A stretch of 64,000 nt of DNA from an uncultured Hormoscilla sp. (GCA_963921275.4 OZ001293.3:2560001-2624000); one strand, 5' to 3'. Shown: positions 22,416-35,024, counted from the first letter of the stretch. Notes: generated by a model not told the origin, from the letters alone. Numbers and translations: made by a program.

Positions 22416-23162
22416 GGGGCAGGGAAAACCCACGCTTCGCTAAATTTTATTTACAAAAACGATAAATTATGATCCGTACCAATAGATCATAAAATTTGAC
22501 AAAAAATTTGCCCTATGGTAGAAGACTTCAAAGTGGCCTAAAAATTTGGTATACTTTGTGTGATGCAATATATAGCTCCCCAGCCATCAAAAGTGGAGAC
22601 ATCCTGGGGAAAAAATCGCCCAAACCATTGCCGGGTAATGATTTGGGGGTGTGGTCAATATGTAGCGATTTGACTACGGTCCTGTGTCCCCCCTTTTGTG
22701 CTCCTAGTGCTCCGGAGGGACAGAGCCCGCCCTGGATTTCAGGCGCTAAAATTACTACTCGTGACCCACTACCCATCGCTCCCTTTCTGCATTACTTGAG
22801 TTTGTGGACTTTATGAGCTTCCACTATACTTCTTTAACCAAGCGACGATGCGGGTGGCAACCGTAGTATCATCAGGCTGGTAAATATTTTTCGCCACAGT
22901 TGCTACTTGATAGAGTACTTAGAACAGACAGTAATATTGGAAATGTTGAGCTTTTCCGGTACTAAATCGATGCTCCATATATCTACCTTAGCAAGTCCCC
23001 CAGCCAAGTTGCAGCTCCTGTTAATAATTCTTTACATGGCGTTGCACAATGACGGGATGATGGTAATAGTAGAGGCAGAGTCGAGGCGTAAATCCTTCCC
23101 AGGCTGAGCTTGGGAACGAGGGTAAGCTAGAAACAAGGGTAGAGGAATCATTAATCAGAAAT

Positions 23163-24530
23163 ATGGCTAATGCTCATGTGATCGGACTGGGAAAATCGGG
23201 AATAGCAGCAGCAAGACTGCTAAAACGGGAAGGGTGGCGGGTGACGGTGAGCGATCGGGCCACGTCAGACAGCCTGCGCCAACAGCAGCAGCAACTCCAG
23301 AGTGAAGGAATAGCAGTACAACTGAATTATGCCTTCGATCTGGCAGTCCTGGAAAAACCTCAGCTAATTGTTGTCAGTCCCGGCGTCCCTTGGGATGCGC
23401 CTGTATTAGTCGCAGCTAGAGATCGAGGAATTGAGACAATAGGAGAAATGGAACTGGCGTGGCGACATCTGAAATCTTGCCCCTGGGTTGCCATCACTGG
23501 CACGAACGGCAAAACTACTACGACATTTTTAATTGCTGCCATCTTTCAAGCAGCAGGTTTGCAGGCACCCGCCTGTGGTAATATCGGTTATGCTGCCTGT
23601 GAGTTGGCCTTAAGACCGGGTAAATCTCCAGATTGGATAATTGCCGAACTCAGCAGCTATCAAATCGAATCATCCCCAGGAGTTACACCTATAATTGGCG
23701 TCTGGACGACCTTTACTCCCGACCATCTCAGTCGCCATAAAACCCTGGAAAATTACTACGATATTAAGGCAAGTCTGCTACGGAGATCGCAGCTACAAGT
23801 TATAAATGGGGACGATGGCTATTTGCGCCAGATGGGTTTGACTCAATGGCGTTCTGCTTGCTGGACGACGGTGAAAGGTAAAGGACAGTTGTTGGGCGAT
23901 CGCGCCCAAGGGGTCTATATTCAGGATAGATGGGTGATAGCCCAGGGCGAACCCATTGTCCCCGCTGCGGCGCTACGGATGCCAGGTATGCACAATCAGC
24001 AAAATATGTTGATGGCGATCGCGGCGGCAAGATTTGCGGGAATAGAGAAAGAGGCGATCGCCCGGGCCATTAGGGAATTTCCAGGAGTACCTTATCGGTT
24101 AGAACTAATTAGAACCTACCAGAAGATTGACTTGATTAACGATAGCAAAGCGACTAATTACGACGCGGCCCAAGTAGGATTATCCTCTGTAAATAGTCCG
24201 GCAATTTTGATTGCTGGGGGCCAAGCAAAGGAGGGAGACGATATCCTCTGGATGCAAACCATTAAAGGGAAGGCCGCAGCAGTGTTACTCATTGGCGATG
24301 CTGCGGAACAGTTTGCTAAACGCTTGCAACAGATTGGTTACGAATCTTATGTAATTGTCGAAACTCTGGATAAAGCGGTACTCAAAGCAGTAGAATTAGC
24401 GCAACAATATCGGGCCAAAGTAGTCCTGCTTTCTCCCGCTTGCGCTAGTTTTGACCAGTATCGCAACTTTGAAGAACGGGGGGAACATTTCCGTCAGCTT
24501 TGTCAGCAACTAGAGAGTTTATGCATTTAA
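23163..24530 (+). CDS. murD: UDP-N-acetylmuramoyl-L-alanine--D-glutamate ligase
   Basis: [41 protein letters not shown]. Confidence 0.97.
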   Translation: MANAHVIGLGKSGIAAARLLKREGWRVTVSDRATSDSLRQQQQQLQSEGIAVQLNYAFDLAVLEKPQLIVVSPGVPWDAPVLVAARDRGIETIGEMELAWRHLKSCPWVAITGTNGKTTTTFLIAAIFQAAGLQAPACGNIGYAACELALRPGKSPDWIIAELSSYQIESSPGVTPIIGVWTTFTPDHLSRHKTLENYYDIKASLLRRSQLQVINGDDGYLRQMGLTQWRSACWTTVKGKGQLLGDRAQGVYIQDRWVIAQGEPIVPAAALRMPGMHNQQNMLMAIAAARFAGIEKEAIARAIREFPGVPYRLELIRTYQKIDLINDSKATNYDAAQVGLSSVNSPAILIAGGQAKEGDDILWMQTIKGKAAAVLLIGDAAEQFAKRLQQIGYESYVIVETLDKAVLKAVELAQQYRAKVVLLSPACASFDQYRNFEERGEHFRQLCQQLESLCI

Positions 24531-24913
24531 TTGATTACATTATTGTCGGGTTCTACCTGTTGGAGATCGTCCTGTTTGGCATTTTAATCCAGCGAAAATT
24601 TTCCGCTGGAAGAGAATCTTACTTCCTGGACGATCGCAAAATACCTTGGTGGATATTGGGGGCTTCCGAGATGGCTTCCAATACCGACATTGCGGGGACA
24701 ATGTTGATAACATCCTTAATCTACGCCTTGGGAACGAAGGGATTTTTTATCGAGATCCGGGGTGGCATTGTCTTAATTATGGCAATGTTCATGATTTTTT
24801 TTATGGGCAAGTGGGGGTGCGATTCGTTGGCTCGAAACTTCGCCGGGCAACCGGTGATAGGGGATGAGCCACACAGGTCTTCTTTCCTAGAGACCGTGAT
24901 AACTCATAGATGA
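24521..24913 (+). pseudogene. truncated sodium:solute symporter N-terminus
   Basis: [11 protein letters not shown]...SYFL..RKIPWWILGASEMASNTDIAGTM; the resemblance ends after ~100 aa. Confidence 0.75.
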
Positions 24914-25082
24914 TGGCGGTGACGCCTGCCGAGCCAACTGGCGAAGACAGCAATTGGTCCTTAAAGAAGCCCGAGAAACTGTCAAGTAGATTGCCATTAA
25001 TCACGGAGCGCAGCCAGGAAAAAGTGGGGCTTAAAAAGCACGATAAACAGTGAAATCACATTACCACTGCTCTACAATATAC

Positions 25083-26207
25083 TCAATCGGTAACTCGCCA
25101 AATTTTCACGCTTTTCTTGTGAACACTGGCCAAAAATCGACCATCAGGACTAAAGGCGATTCTTTTGGGTTCATCGATTAGGGGGAAAACTAAAGTACGA
25201 ATGACTCGTTGCGTCTCCACATCCCAAACCACGATCGTCTCGTTGTAAACAACCGCCAATTCCCATCCGGGCTGAATAGGTTTGCAGAGCGAAAACCCGA
25301 AAAAGTGCAAGCCTTACTCAAGGTTGCGATTTCGAGACCTGTTTTTGTACTCCAAAGCTGCACTCCACTCATCCCATGGCCGCAATCATTTGTCACCAGT
25401 CGTTCTTGCTCCAGAGAGAAGGCCGTCGCGGGTTTTTCCCGTTCGCAGTGACTGGAACTACAACTGGAAAAAGGAATCAGCTCGATCGCAAACCGTTTCG
25501 AGAGTTGTCCTGTAGTCAGATTCCATTTTTCCAGTGACAGGGAATTTTCATGGCGGGTATGCTGTAAGTTAGTCGTCAAGAGCAAGAATTGGTTATCGGG
25601 GCTAAAGGCGATCGCGTCTACCCATTTTAAATCCTGCAAGTGCAACACCCGTTCCCCTGTAGTCATCCTCCAAACAGCAACTTCTTTCTCTTTAACTAAA
25701 GTCAATAATTTATTGTCCCCACTGAACGCGATCGTTTCCCAATCTTTACCTACCTTCAACCAACCTTGACTATTTTCCCAGTCTGTATTTAATTTTCTCG
25801 TCTCCCAAATATAGCCACAACCCACTAATATCTTACCATCAGGACTAAATTGAAGGGGACATGAATAGGAGAATTTTTGAAATTTTATTTCCTGCCGTAT
25901 CTCCCGACTTTTAACATCCCAAAGTACAACTTTAGGATCTTTTATTCCGGAAGAATAAGAATCTTTCCATCCGGCGATCGCCAAAGTATTCTTCTCCCAT
26001 GCTAATCGACGGGGGAGAAGGCAAATTTGCGAGTTTAATCTCCGACACCAGAAACCGCCTCGAAATTAATACCAAAGAATTTGCATACCCAATGAAGCTG
26101 AAAAAAACAGCAAAAATACCAATGATAGGCATTACTGGAGCTAAAGGTATTATAAATCGATAGTGTGGGATTTGAGAGATTTCTTTGAATCTCGCAAAAA
26201 CCCACAT
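25083..26207 (-). pseudogene. WD40-repeat protein in three frames
   Basis: FSPDG/FSPDN...LWD/VWD repeats are split over three overlapping ORFs. Confidence 0.8.
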
Positions 26208-26750
26208 TAAAATTTAATTTTTCGCTCTAAGTTAAGTGGATCAAAATGTCTTTTAAATGGCAAGAGAATAATCTAAATCACTGACCAAATGCAAGCAGAT
26301 AATAAAAACATGCCCGAACAATTTGTCCCCCTTGAATCGCCCTCCAGCAACGCTTTAGTGGTCTCATCACTTCCTCTCTGTATTGCTACAACACCCTAAT
26401 GCTAGCACAAAAGGGCTATTACCGCAACCTCTCCCACGCTGTTCTAGATGCTCTAGGGCTTCATCTACTGCGTTCTTTAGCTTTACTTTCCCTCTTACTT
26501 TACCCATAATTTCACCTTCACATTAATATTATCATAATCTTAATCGGCGATTCTGGTACTTGGTAGGTTGGGTAAAGCATAGTTACCCAACCTACCAAGC
26601 TAGCTGTAACCGTAATTGTAGGGTAATTTAACGCCCGATAGGTCAATAATAGCCCAATGAATGGATGGAGTATAGCGGTCTATATCTAAACGAAATATCC
26701 AGTTATTCTCGACAGTTTCTCCATTTTATGGCAGGTATTGGTAGTGGCTG

Positions 26751-27182
26751 CTAACATAAAATCATCTTAGAGGTAGGGTCGTTCATCCACGATCGCACCT
26801 CTTGGGTAGCAGCAGGGGCAATTTTAGCATCGTAGGGTAAATCCGCCTTTGAGTCATGCATCCAGTCACGAATTAGATCGCTAGCATTACTGTTATCTGG
26901 AACGTCAGGCAAATCAAATGCCTCCGGATCTGCGAGGATAGTTCCCACAGGAGAATCATAGTTTCTGCCATCTTCCAGAAAGCTTTGTATCCCCCGCTTC
27001 AGGGCCTCAAGAAAACTCATCTTGCCGCCGAGGGCCGTCTGCGCTTCAAGAGCAGTTGGGTCGGCCTCAACTACCAATTGGGGTACGCCGAAAGCAGCTT
27101 TGATATCTGATATTGTTTCCATTGCTTGTCCGATCTGTGGTATTCTATAATCAAACTCCTTCATCGGCGCCATTTCCGTCAT
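26751..27182 (-). CDS. hypothetical protein
   Basis: 143-aa ORF immediately downstream of the Hsp70-like gene. Confidence 0.55.
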   Translation of the reverse strand: MTEMAPMKEFDYRIPQIGQAMETISDIKAAFGVPQLVVEADPTALEAQTALGGKMSFLEALKRGIQSFLEDGRNYDSPVGTILADPEAFDLPDVPDNSNASDLIRDWMHDSKADLPYDAKIAPAATQEVRSWMNDPTSKMILC

Positions 27183-27219
27183 CTTTGCCTGCCAAAAATG
27201 AGATGCACCCTGCCTTGTT

Positions 27220-28800
27220 TTAATTAAGTTGTACGACCGGTTGATCTTCTAACAAAGTTTGATGGGTCAGCAAGTCCTCTACTGTCATCCGCAGGAAACG
27301 CCGATCGTCCACCCGAAACAGCACTTTGACCCGATCGCTGCCGGGATGTCCTGGTGGCCTCAACTGGGCGATCGTCCGGGCCCCATCCCGATCGTTCAAG
27401 GGTTGCACGTTCTGCTCGTCGCTAGCGAGAATGCGGGTAATCAGGCGATCGCCATCAAAATAGACCTCAGTGCCGCCGGTTTGGGCCCCCAATTCTCCGA
27501 GAATCAATTCAATTTGGGGCTGATTTTCCACCGAAGCACCCAGAGTTAATTCTACAGCTTCGATCATGGGATAGGGCTGTCCCTCTTTCACGATCGGATG
27601 CCAACTGTGGCGTTTATTGCGCCGGCTCCAGTAGCGAATGCCGTAACTGTGATAGAGAAAATCCTTCAGTTCGATGCCTTGCACTAATTGTAATGCCCCT
27701 TGGGCGATCGCTTCAAAAGGTTTTTCGCATCGGACTTTATCTCTGTCAAAATACTGCTGTATCCAACTTTGGACTGCGGGAATTTGCACCGTCCCCCCCA
27801 CCAGCAACACCCCATCGATATCCGCCACCTCCAACCCTTGTCGCCTTGCTTGCTGCAAGACCCGATTCATGGCCTCATCCAGTTGCTCAAAAAACTGGTG
27901 CCGTGCTAGAATCTCATGGAAGCGACTGCGGTTGAGTGCCAACTCATAACTTTCCATATGTTCGGCATCAAAGTAAACCTCACTGGCCTCCGAAGTCAGA
28001 GACAACTGAATCTTCAACTTTTCTGCCAAGCGAGTAGTCAAAGGCGATTTCACCAAACCCCGAGTTTCAGCAAAATAATCCACCAACCAATTATCGATAT
28101 CAGAACCGCCCAAATTTTGTCCCGCCTTTGCTAACACCCGGGCCGTTTTCAGTTTTTGTCCCGACCTTTCCGCGAAGGACTTCTCGCCCCACTTGAGAAT
28201 AAACCCCAAGGGATTTTTCTCCAGACTGCCATCCAACCGCACCAGGGACAAGTCCAGGGTGCCGCCGCCGAAATCAACCACTAGCAAAATTTCCTGGTTT
28301 GCCATCCCGTAACCCAAAGCAGCAGCAGTAGGTTCGTCCAACATCCGCACCCGTTCGACGGATAACCCTTGACAAACCTTGCCCAACCAATGGCGGTAAG
28401 CTTCAAAACTATCCACGGGCACCGTTAACACCAGTTCATCTTCCGTGCTGAGTTGCTGTAGGATCTGGGAGAGGAACCACTCTCCCACTTGCTCGAAGCT
28501 GAGGGTGACCCCATCGAGTTCTGGCATAAATCCCTGGATATGGGCACCTATGCCCCGCTTGAAGTTGCGGAAAAATCGGGCATCCGAACTGATGTCTAAA
28601 CCCTTGTCCCGTACTTGCTGCCCCACCAATACTTTACCCTGGGAGGCATCTTCGATGTAGACTAAACTGGGAATCAGCGGCGGATTTTGCCCCTGCATCA
28701 GGGAAAATCTCGGTAATTTCAGGGTTTCCGGCTGTAGGGTGACCGGGTTCCAGCGGGTAATTACCGTGTTACTCGTACCAAAATCAATCGCGATCGCCAT
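27220..28800 (-). CDS. Hsp70-family (atypical DnaK-like) protein
   Basis: AIDFGTSNT, DEPTAAALGY, VDFGGGTLD, LLVGG. Confidence 0.93.
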   Translation of the reverse strand: MAIAIDFGTSNTVITRWNPVTLQPETLKLPRFSLMQGQNPPLIPSLVYIEDASQGKVLVGQQVRDKGLDISSDARFFRNFKRGIGAHIQGFMPELDGVTLSFEQVGEWFLSQILQQLSTEDELVLTVPVDSFEAYRHWLGKVCQGLSVERVRMLDEPTAAALGYGMANQEILLVVDFGGGTLDLSLVRLDGSLEKNPLGFILKWGEKSFAERSGQKLKTARVLAKAGQNLGGSDIDNWLVDYFAETRGLVKSPLTTRLAEKLKIQLSLTSEASEVYFDAEHMESYELALNRSRFHEILARHQFFEQLDEAMNRVLQQARRQGLEVADIDGVLLVGGTVQIPAVQSWIQQYFDRDKVRCEKPFEAIAQGALQLVQGIELKDFLYHSYGIRYWSRRNKRHSWHPIVKEGQPYPMIEAVELTLGASVENQPQIELILGELGAQTGGTEVYFDGDRLITRILASDEQNVQPLNDRDGARTIAQLRPPGHPGSDRVKVLFRVDDRRFLRMTVEDLLTHQTLLEDQPVVQLN

Positions 28801-28841
28801 GCCATGTTTCCGATAAGCAGCTACCGGACAATATCTTAGCA

Positions 28842-28898
28842 GTTTGTAGTAAGCACTTTAGTGCTTCCCGTTTGTAGTAAGCACTTTAGTGCTTCCCA
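28842..28898. repeat. 28-bp tandem repeat containing a palindrome
   Basis: gtttgtagtaagcactttagtgcttccc x2. Confidence 0.85.
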
Positions 28899-29107
28899 GG
28901 CGCGAAAGCGCCTAGATGACAGATGCTGTTTGTACAGATAATGGATTAATGGATTATAATGATGAGCGATCAGGCATTACCACCGACGTTTCGCCGGGGC
29001 ACTGCCGATCGAATAGAAGCTGTCCAGAAAATCTTTGACCAAAACCTACCTACAGGTTAAAGTCTTTCTATCCACTTTTGAGGAGATACTCAAACTATAG
29101 TCGCACC

Positions 29108-29581
29108 ATGCTAAAGCAAATCGTTAGTTCGATCAAAACCTACTTCCCGGCGTCCGAAGTCCACGCCCACTGCGATGGCCCCTGTGGTGTCTACGACCCA
29201 AGTTCCGCTCGCATTGCAGTTGAGGCCGTGGTATCCATGACCAAAAAGATCGTCGAACTGCAACCTCCAGCTGGCAACGATCCACAGGCAACAGTAACCT
29301 ACAACAACACCCTGTCCCGCTACATCCAGATTAAGGAAGAGCAGGCACAAATTGCCAAAGAGGAGTTGCTGATTCTGTGGACAGACTATTTCAAACCGCC
29401 CCATTTAGAGGCGTATCCCGACCTGCATGATACCTTCTGGAAAGCGGCAAAACTCTGCTCTGCTTGCAAAGTGGAAGTAAGCCAGCAACATGCTGATGAA
29501 CTGATGGCAGCCATTGAGAAGATCCACAAGATCTTCTGGGCAACGAAGAATCGCGACATTACCTGGTACAAAGCAAGTTGA
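29108..29581 (+). CDS. sodN: nickel superoxide dismutase
   Basis: Ni-hook HCDGPCGVYDP after the leader; LWTDYFK. Confidence 0.97.
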   Translation: MLKQIVSSIKTYFPASEVHAHCDGPCGVYDPSSARIAVEAVVSMTKKIVELQPPAGNDPQATVTYNNTLSRYIQIKEEQAQIAKEELLILWTDYFKPPHLEAYPDLHDTFWKAAKLCSACKVEVSQQHADELMAAIEKIHKIFWATKNRDITWYKAS

Positions 29582-29602
29582 ACCCCAGATAGTCAACCCT
29601 TA

Positions 29603-29941
29603 GTGGATAGCGGCATTGGCGAATTATTGCTGTGGTTGCTGCGTCAGCGTCGCAGATTTCGGGTCACTGGCCTCTCAATGCTGCCACTTTTGCTTCCAGG
29701 TGATGAAGTGCTGGTCAACCCTCGGGCCTATCGTCGCAGATTGCCCCGGCCCGGAGAGATTGTGGTCGCTTGCCACCCCGCCCGGCCTGCCTTGCGTTTG
29801 ATTAAGCGAGTGGCCGCCGTGTCGGGCGATCGATACTGCCACCTGATGGGAGATAATCCTGCCCAGAGTACGGATAGTCGAGCGTTTGGTGCTGTATCCA
29901 TCGATAATATACTGGGTCGGGTGACCAGTGTTTTTAAGTAG
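29603..29941 (+). CDS. sodX: Ni-SOD maturation peptidase (S26)
   Basis: VTGLSMLPLL...IKRV...GDN..STDSRAFG; adjacent to sodN. Confidence 0.93.
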   Translation: MDSGIGELLLWLLRQRRRFRVTGLSMLPLLLPGDEVLVNPRAYRRRLPRPGEIVVACHPARPALRLIKRVAAVSGDRYCHLMGDNPAQSTDSRAFGAVSIDNILGRVTSVFK

Positions 29942-29956
29942 CTGAGTAGCGATTGC

Positions 29957-30095
29957 CTCGTGACCAGGGTCTCCCTGGTCACGCTTCTTTGAGGCAGAGC
30001 CTCCTGTCCTGCACTGCTCACTCACATGAGTCAAAGGCAGCTCACTTGAGGCTCTGCCTCAGACGGCTCGTTCCCAGGGAGACCCTGGGAACGAG
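29957..30095. repeat. composite palindromic REP-like element
   Basis: cgtgaccagggtctccctggtcacg...gaggcagagcctc...gaggctctgcctc...ctcgttcccagggagaccctgggaacgag. Confidence 0.75.
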
Positions 30096-30169
30096 GGAAC
30101 TGATGGGGAACAAGGGAACTGATGAATGAAATGCTATAGTATTGATTAAAGTGCCGATGCCAAAAGAAG

Positions 30170-31501
30170 ATGATGAACCAAGAAACCTCGGACAACAGTC
30201 AGTCAAAAGAACCCACGCAAGGCATCACGAAAATTTCAGTACGGGGTTATAAATCTATCTACGAAGAATGTAGCATTGAAGTGCGTCCTCTGACAATTCT
30301 TGCTGGTGCCAACAGTTCCGGCAAGTCTAGTATGATGCAACCCTTACTGCTGCTCAAGCAAACCCTGGAAGCACCTTATGACCCCGGACCGCTCAAGATT
30401 GACGGTCCTAATGTTCGCTTTACTTCTTTTCGGCAATTATTTTCTCATATTGACGAAAAGAAATCGAGCGATATCTGGTCGATCGGGATAGAAATAAATG
30501 GAGATTGGGGATTAACAAATATATTCAAATTGCATCCAGAACGAGGGATAGACATTTTGGAAATGTTGCTTAATGAAAAAGAAGAAAAATGGCGTTTTGC
30601 CTATGAATTAAGTTCAAAAGAAATGCTGGATTTAATTCCTAAAGGACTGCGTCAAATGTTTTCTGATGCTCTATTAAAAATTTTTCGCAACCGTTGCTTC
30701 CTAAATCTTGATATCCTAAACAAATACTCTCACCAAACAAAGATAAAAATAAATAGGGGATCGATTGATATAATAGAGCGTTATATTCGTACTTCAATTC
30801 ACGTACCTGGATGGCGAGGAAATCCAGCGCCTACCTATAAGACTACAGCCATTGGCAGCAACTTCCTCGGTCATTTTCAAGATTACGTCGCCAGTGTAGT
30901 CAAGCACTGGCAAGAAACTAAAGACAAGCGCCTGGATGAATTAGAGAAAGCGCTGGAAACTCTTGGTCTAACTTGGAAAGTCGATGCCAAAAAGATTGAC
31001 GATACCCAGGTGGAACTGCGAGTAGGTCGTTTACCTCGCAGCGGTCAGACAACAGATACGATCAATATTGCTGATGTAGGTTTTGGAGTCTCCCAAGTTT
31101 TACCCGTACTTGTTGCCCTGATATTAGCAGAACCCGAACAATTAGTTTATCTAGAACAGCCAGAACTTCACCTCCATCCCCGCGCTCAAGCAGGTTTGGC
31201 ACAGATATTAGCTGATGCTGCCGATCGCGGCGTGGTTGTCATTGCGGAAACTCACAGCGAATTGCTACTATTGGCCGTTCAATCCCTAGTTGCTGAAGGT
31301 AAACTATCCCCAGACAAGGTAAAGCTTCATTGGTTTACTAGGCGAGAAGATGGCGTTACAGAAGTTAGCAGTGCCGATCTAGATGAAGCGGGAGCTTTTG
31401 GAGATTGGCCGGAAGACTTTGATGATGTATCCTTGAAATTAGAAAACCGCTATTTGAATGCTGCTGAATCTCGTCTGTGGGAGCGATCGCATGGCAGCTA
31501 A
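30170..31501 (+). CDS. ABC-type AAA ATPase (AAA_15/21-like with DUF3696-like tail)
   Basis: Walker A GANSSGKSS, DVGFGVSQVLP, Walker B LEQPELHLHP, ETHSE, C-terminal GDWPEDF. Confidence 0.9.
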   Translation: MMNQETSDNSQSKEPTQGITKISVRGYKSIYEECSIEVRPLTILAGANSSGKSSMMQPLLLLKQTLEAPYDPGPLKIDGPNVRFTSFRQLFSHIDEKKSSDIWSIGIEINGDWGLTNIFKLHPERGIDILEMLLNEKEEKWRFAYELSSKEMLDLIPKGLRQMFSDALLKIFRNRCFLNLDILNKYSHQTKIKINRGSIDIIERYIRTSIHVPGWRGNPAPTYKTTAIGSNFLGHFQDYVASVVKHWQETKDKRLDELEKALETLGLTWKVDAKKIDDTQVELRVGRLPRSGQTTDTINIADVGFGVSQVLPVLVALILAEPEQLVYLEQPELHLHPRAQAGLAQILADAADRGVVVIAETHSELLLLAVQSLVAEGKLSPDKVKLHWFTRREDGVTEVSSADLDEAGAFGDWPEDFDDVSLKLENRYLNAAESRLWERSHGS

Positions 31502-32033
31502 GGTTTCTAAATTACGAGTAATCGATACTTCCGTAGTGGGTGCTGCGGGCGGACCAGATGCAACCTATCCCACATCGGTGCATTGCCGAGATTTTCTCCA
31601 AGCGGTCTTGGATATCTGCCACCGAGTTGTTATCACCCCGGATATCCGCGAGGAATGGAATAGGCATTCTTCAACGTTTGCGAGAAAATGGCGCAAGACA
31701 ATGGTAGCAAAGAAGAAGCTAGTATACCGCGCTGATATCTCAGCAGATGAGGAGTTATGCCAGAAAATCTCTGGGGCGATCGCTAGCGACACAGATCTTG
31801 AGGCCATGCTGAAAGATTTCCGGTTAATTGAAGCCGCGATCGTCACGGACAACACAGTGATTTCTCTCGATGATAAAGTAAGGATTATATTTGATAAAGC
31901 AGCCAAACGGGTGGGCGAACTGCGAAATGTGGTATGGGTAAACCCAGATGACACAGAAGCTAAACCCATTGGGTGGCTGGAAAATGGTGCTCAACCGGAA
32001 AAGGATCTACGACTTGGAGCCAGATCGCTATGA
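31491..32033 (+). CDS. PIN-like protein coupled to the ATPase
   Basis: VIDTSV...EEW...KDFRLIEAA...ISLDD...WVNP acidic pattern; start overlaps the ATPase stop. Confidence 0.75.
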   Translation: MAAKVSKLRVIDTSVVGAAGGPDATYPTSVHCRDFLQAVLDICHRVVITPDIREEWNRHSSTFARKWRKTMVAKKKLVYRADISADEELCQKISGAIASDTDLEAMLKDFRLIEAAIVTDNTVISLDDKVRIIFDKAAKRVGELRNVVWVNPDDTEAKPIGWLENGAQPEKDLRLGARSL

Positions 32034-32081
32034 TCCTTTAGTATGGTATCATTCTGGAAATTAAAACAAGGATTAAATGTA

Positions 32082-33026
32082 ATGACTCAAATTAAGATTC
32101 GCTTGCTTAAAGAACAGGAATTGCCAGAAGCAAATAAAATATTTCGATTAGCTTTTGGCACATTTATCGGTCTGCCAGACCCCATGTAATTTTCTGGTGA
32201 TACTAACCTATGTGATGCGTTGGTATGCCTATCCTGAAGCTGCTTTGGCCGTCGAAATAGAAGGTAAATTAGTCGGTTCCAATTTTCTATCTAAATGGGG
32301 CAGCTTTGGAACCTTTGGCCCTTTATCAGTGCATCCAGACTTTTGGGATCGAGGAGTAGGTAAGAAACTGATGGCAGCGACAATGGCATGCTTCCAAAAT
32401 TGGCAAACTCAACAGATTTGTTTATTTACTTTTGCCAATAGTTTTAAGCATTTATGTTTCTATCAAAAATTTGGATTTGCCCCCCGCTTTCTGACTGCTA
32501 TCTGCTCGAAGTCTGTTACAGATATGCAAGATGAATTAGAAAGTATTAGGTACTCACAAATTTTCCAAGAACAGCAAGGAGAATATTTACAAGCGACGCG
32601 GGAATTAACTAATAGTCTTTATCCAGGACTAGACTTGCAGGGAAAAATATTAGCGGTAAAAAATCAAAGATTAGGAGATACTCTATTTCTTTGGGAAGAT
32701 GGGAGCTTAACAGAATTTGCTGTCTGTCATTATGATGCCGGTTCAGAAGCAGGCAGCGATACTTGTTATATTAAGTTTGGCGCAGTTATTGCTGGGAAAA
32801 ATAGCAGCGCTCATCGCTTGGCAAAATTATTGAAGGAATGTGAAATATTTAGCCAGATTATTGGGATGTCTAAACTGATAGCTGGAGTCAATACCAGTCG
32901 TCAGCAAGCTACCTGCAAATGCTAAATCTAGGGTTTAAGATTGACATATTAGGAATAGCAATGCACAATCCCAATGAACCAGGTTATAACTGTCCCGATA
33001 TTTATGTTATCGATGATTTTCGGTAG
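32082..33026 (+). pseudogene. GNAT acetyltransferase, with nonsense and frameshift lesions
   Basis: GPLSVHPDFWDRGVGKKLM; in-frame TAA after DPM; C-terminus in another frame. Confidence 0.82.
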
Positions 33027-33058
33027 ACAAATTCAATTTTATTCATTTAATACATATC

Positions 33059-35024
33059 TCAAGCAAAGGCTGTATAAACTCTTCTTTCTCCAGTAAAAGG
33101 AAGTCTACCATGCCCCATGCGATAATTATCTAGAATTAGTATATCTCCCTCTTGCCAGTTAAATCGTTCTGCGTTTTGCCAATAACTTTTGACAATATGA
33201 TATACATCCCAAAATGCTAAATTAGCACGATCCTCAAAAGCTACATCCATATATCGATATTTGCGATAACCGGGAATTAGGGTGTGTCATCAATCAAATT
33301 GCTTGACAGAAGTAGATGGATACGGTATGGAGTCCTTATCCAGCAATAACAATCAAGAGGGCATGATATGAGACGCTATGGCTTGCGAGACGACCAGTGG
33401 GAACGGATCGAACACCTTTTACCTGGTAAAGAGGGTGACCCAGGCGCTACAGCCAAGAACAATAGATTATTCGTGTTCTGCCGTGTTATATCGATATCGT
33501 GCTGGCATTCCCTGGCGGGATTTACCGGAGTGTTTTGGGGATTTTCGGGTTGTTCATACCCGCCATACCCGTTGGTCTGAAAAGGGAGTTTGGAAGCAGG
33601 TATTCGATGTCTTGGCCTCAGACGCCGATAACGAATACGCCGCGATTGATGCCACCATCCTGCGTGCCCATCAACGAGCGTGCGGGTGCAAAAAAAAACA
33701 CCCTCAGATACGTGCGAAACCCAAGCCATAGGCCGTAGTAAAGGGGGACTATCGACAAAGATTCATGCCACTTGCGATTGCCCAAGGCAATCCCACAGGA
33801 TTTCATCTTACCCCTGGCCAAGCCCACGACGGGAAAGGCGCTGACGTGCTATTGGATAAAATCGGTGAGATTGGCGCGCTGCTTGCAGATAAAGCCTATG
33901 ATGCGGAACAACGTGTGCTCGAGCGCCTGAAAGAGGCGGATTGGATGGCTGTCATTCCTCCAAAAAGTAACCGCACAGAACACAGAGAAGACGATGAAGA
34001 AATGTACAAGTGGCGGCATCTAATTGAAAATCTATTCCAAAAACTCAAGCAATACAGGGCTCTGGCGACACGCTACGATAAAACGGCTCGCAATTTCTTG
34101 GGTGCCATCTACCTCGCGGCAGCTGTAATATGGCTTAATTGATGACACTCCCTAGTTTTTCCCGATAAATTTGCACAAATGTCAGTAAGAATAAGATAAA
34201 AAATACTAACAAACTCCTGAATTTCCTTTGATACTTAGCAACAAACCACGCCTCAATACAAATACCCCAGATGTGAAACACAGGGAGCCGTCCTGTCCAG
34301 ACAATTTCCTTGGCGATCGGATGAGAGTTAATTGTCGGCATCGGACAAGAAACAATTAATTCACCGTTAGTAAGCTACTCGATCTGTCGCCCGACATCAC
34401 GACATTTTGCCTCTATTAAATCCCGATCATCAGTATTGAATACATCTGGCCAAGATTTAGCATAACGAAACCAAGGCCACTTCCATAATCTCACGTCAAA
34501 TAATCTTTTCTGTGTACTTAAAAGTTTTGTGACCAAACGGCGGTGAAAACACTTCTGCTGTAACTGTTCCGGTAAATCTGATAAAACTGATTTCATTCAT
34601 ATTAATGACAGGAGTTTCACCATCGCTGGCAGCAACTTGAGGGCAAAAAAACAATATATAAGCAGGTTTATCTAATGGGGAGTAAGATAATTCTGTATGA
34701 CTCAGGAATTGGCACATAACTTGGTAATTCAGAAGCATTCCAGATATATTCAGTAACCTTTTGACGGGGTGCCCCACCTGGATATTGATTTTGCAGATTC
34801 GGGAAAATACTTAATCCCACTTGTTGAAATTGCTTGGGAGTTTTCACTTCATATCCTCGAATAGCGATCGCCCCATGATTGGTTATAGTCTCCTTGAGTT
34901 CGTGTTGATGATTGTTGAGATAATCAAGTAGGGACTGCAAATCTGTAGCATTTTGTTTAGCCGTTATTATGGGAAGGCTTTTTGTCAATTGTCGATCTTG
35001 TCGATCGTCTTGATTAGGCTTCAT
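33059..35024 (-). pseudogene. TauD/TfdA-family Fe(II)/2-oxoglutarate dioxygenase, split by IS5 and frameshifted
   Basis: HGAIAIRGY, SHTELSY, FFC...GETP, WQEGDILILDNYRMGHGRLPF; removing the IS and one TA rejoins YREKL-IPGYRKYRYMD in frame. Confidence 0.88.
33280..34152 (+). mobile_element. IS5-family element, copy 1 (873 bp)
   Basis: TIR gggtgtgtcatcaat / attgatgacactccc, TA duplication; [46 protein letters not shown]. Confidence 0.95.
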
